The translations under genes and the position numbers were made by a program. From the NCBI RefSeq assembly GCF_001194135.2, contig NC_068995.1, forward strand, positions 28,638,454-28,702,453: a stretch of 64,000 bases of DNA, given 5' to 3'. Below the pieces are notes generated by a model. The model was not told the DNA's origin, ran no database searches, and saw only the letters and a list, made by a program, of their open reading frames with translations. Each line of letters starts with the position of its first letter. Position 1 is the stretch's first letter. Below are positions 62,775-64,000 of the stretch, in pieces. The DNA comes from Octopus bimaculoides (lineage: Eukaryota).

Positions 62775-63179
62775 AAGGAGCTTATCATCAAACTCAACTG
62801 GACGTCCTGATCGATCTTCATCTTCAAGGCTGAAATCTCCACTTCTGAATTTTGCAAACTATCTTCTGCAAGTTCTTTCATTCAAGCAATCTTTCCCATA
62901 AACTGAGTGTATGTTTCGAGTTGCTTCGGCTGCAGAGTTACCTTTAATTTAATACTCATAAAGCATTACGTGCCTCAAATGCTCTTTGGATACTCATGAT
63001 AGAAAGGGTTTTAATCAGAAATTTTAATTCTATTATTCTGTAAAATAATATTTAATTAGTTTAAATGTACACAAATGCATAAAAATACATTTTAATTCCA
63101 TTAGACATTCTAAAATACTATTAAATTTCATTCAATTTTAAAAAAGGTAAAACTGGACAGAACTTATGGGATGACCCGA
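62775..63179 (-). mobile_element. mariner 5' fragment with TIR
   Basis: TTATGGGATGACCCGA|TA TIR related to 44191; HLRHVMLYEY..GNSAAEATRNI...FRSGDFSLEDEDRSGRP. Confidence 0.85.
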
Positions 63180-63315
63180 TACATCCGTGAAGATGTTACA
63201 CCTCTTGTATTACTGTTACATTCAAACTCAGTTTAGGTTGAGAGAACTATAACTTTACTCCCCGGAGCGAAGGCGGGAGATATATGCAATAATTTACATA
63301 TAGAAAACTGTAGAA

Positions 63316-64000
63316 GGGCGCGCAGAGAGTAAATGCGTGCTCATCTTTACTGTCACGTCTCACGAATGAACCTTTTTTGGACTGTATAGTGACTGGTGAC
63401 GAGAAATGGGTTCGCTATAAAAATGTCAAGCACCTAAGACAGTGGGTAGAGAAAGGAGAAACACCGGCACCTTAGGCTAAAGAAGGTCTTCACCCACGTA
63501 AGGTGTTGTTATTTGTTTGGTGGGATATGAAAGGTTAAGTTCATTTTGAACTTTTAAACCCAAAACAAACGGTGACAAAGGAGATCTACTACTAGCAGCT
63601 TGAGCGGCTTAAGTCAGCGCTAGAAGAAAAGCGACCATCTTTGCTATCAAGACGAAAGTTATTCTTCCATCAGGATAATGTTCGGCCACATACAGAGAGG
63701 ATGATATTCCAAAGGCTGGAGCAGTTTGAATGGGAAACGATGCCCCACCCACCATATTCGCCGGACATTGCCCCTTCTGGTTATCGTTTAGTCTGCAGCC
63801 TTCAAAATCATTTGAACGGAAAAAATATGAATTCTGTAGACGAGGTCAGAACTGTACTGGAGGAGTACTTTTCGTCACGGACAAGTGAATTTTGGAAGAA
63901 GGGCCTCGCAAGTCTACAAGAGAGATGGAAGAGCATTGTAGAAAATGAAGGAGAGTATATTTTAGATTAAAAAATAATTTTATTTATCTTAATTTTGAAA
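63316..64000 (+). mobile_element. mariner (DD34D) 3' part, same family as 42955-44191
   Basis: TGDEKW, FHQDNVRPH...HPPYSPDIAPSGY, ERWKSIVENEGEY. Confidence 0.92.

Noticed and set aside
63258-63279. CTCCC...GGGAG hairpin resembling a Helentron/DINE subterminal structure
   Set aside because: Only a 5-bp stem and no other element features.

Overview
Eukaryotic, gap-rich draft sequence. The SINE families, dense (TA)/(CA)/(TACA) microsatellites and transposon mix suggest a cephalopod, probably Octopus (inference, not verified by search). Only one convincing host coding region is present: a 1,065-bp + strand ORF/exon (47922-48986) encoding a TRIM-type RING/B-box/coiled-coil protein with no visible C-terminal domain. 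The rest is mostly repeats: maT (DD37D), mariner (DD34D) and pogo/Tigger DNA transposons; R4/Dong-like and Hero-like RLE retrotransposons; several Penelope-like elements (PLEs); a Gypsy fragment with its 3' LTR; three to four tRNA-derived SINE families; and a long-TIR fold-back element. Best leads: (i) R4-like retrotransposon copies repeatedly sitting inside same-orientation (CATA)n microsatellites, suggesting a microsatellite-targeting lineage; (ii) an intact minimal hammerhead ribozyme at a PLE 3' end plus decayed relatives; (iii) the RBCC-only TRIM, its probable upstream exon and a 135-bp fold-back downstream; (iv) a pre-miRNA-like hairpin. Most ORFs in the supplied track are microsatellite, N-gap or antisense artefacts. 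Repeat boundaries are read by eye and are approximate unless a TIR or TSD is quoted.
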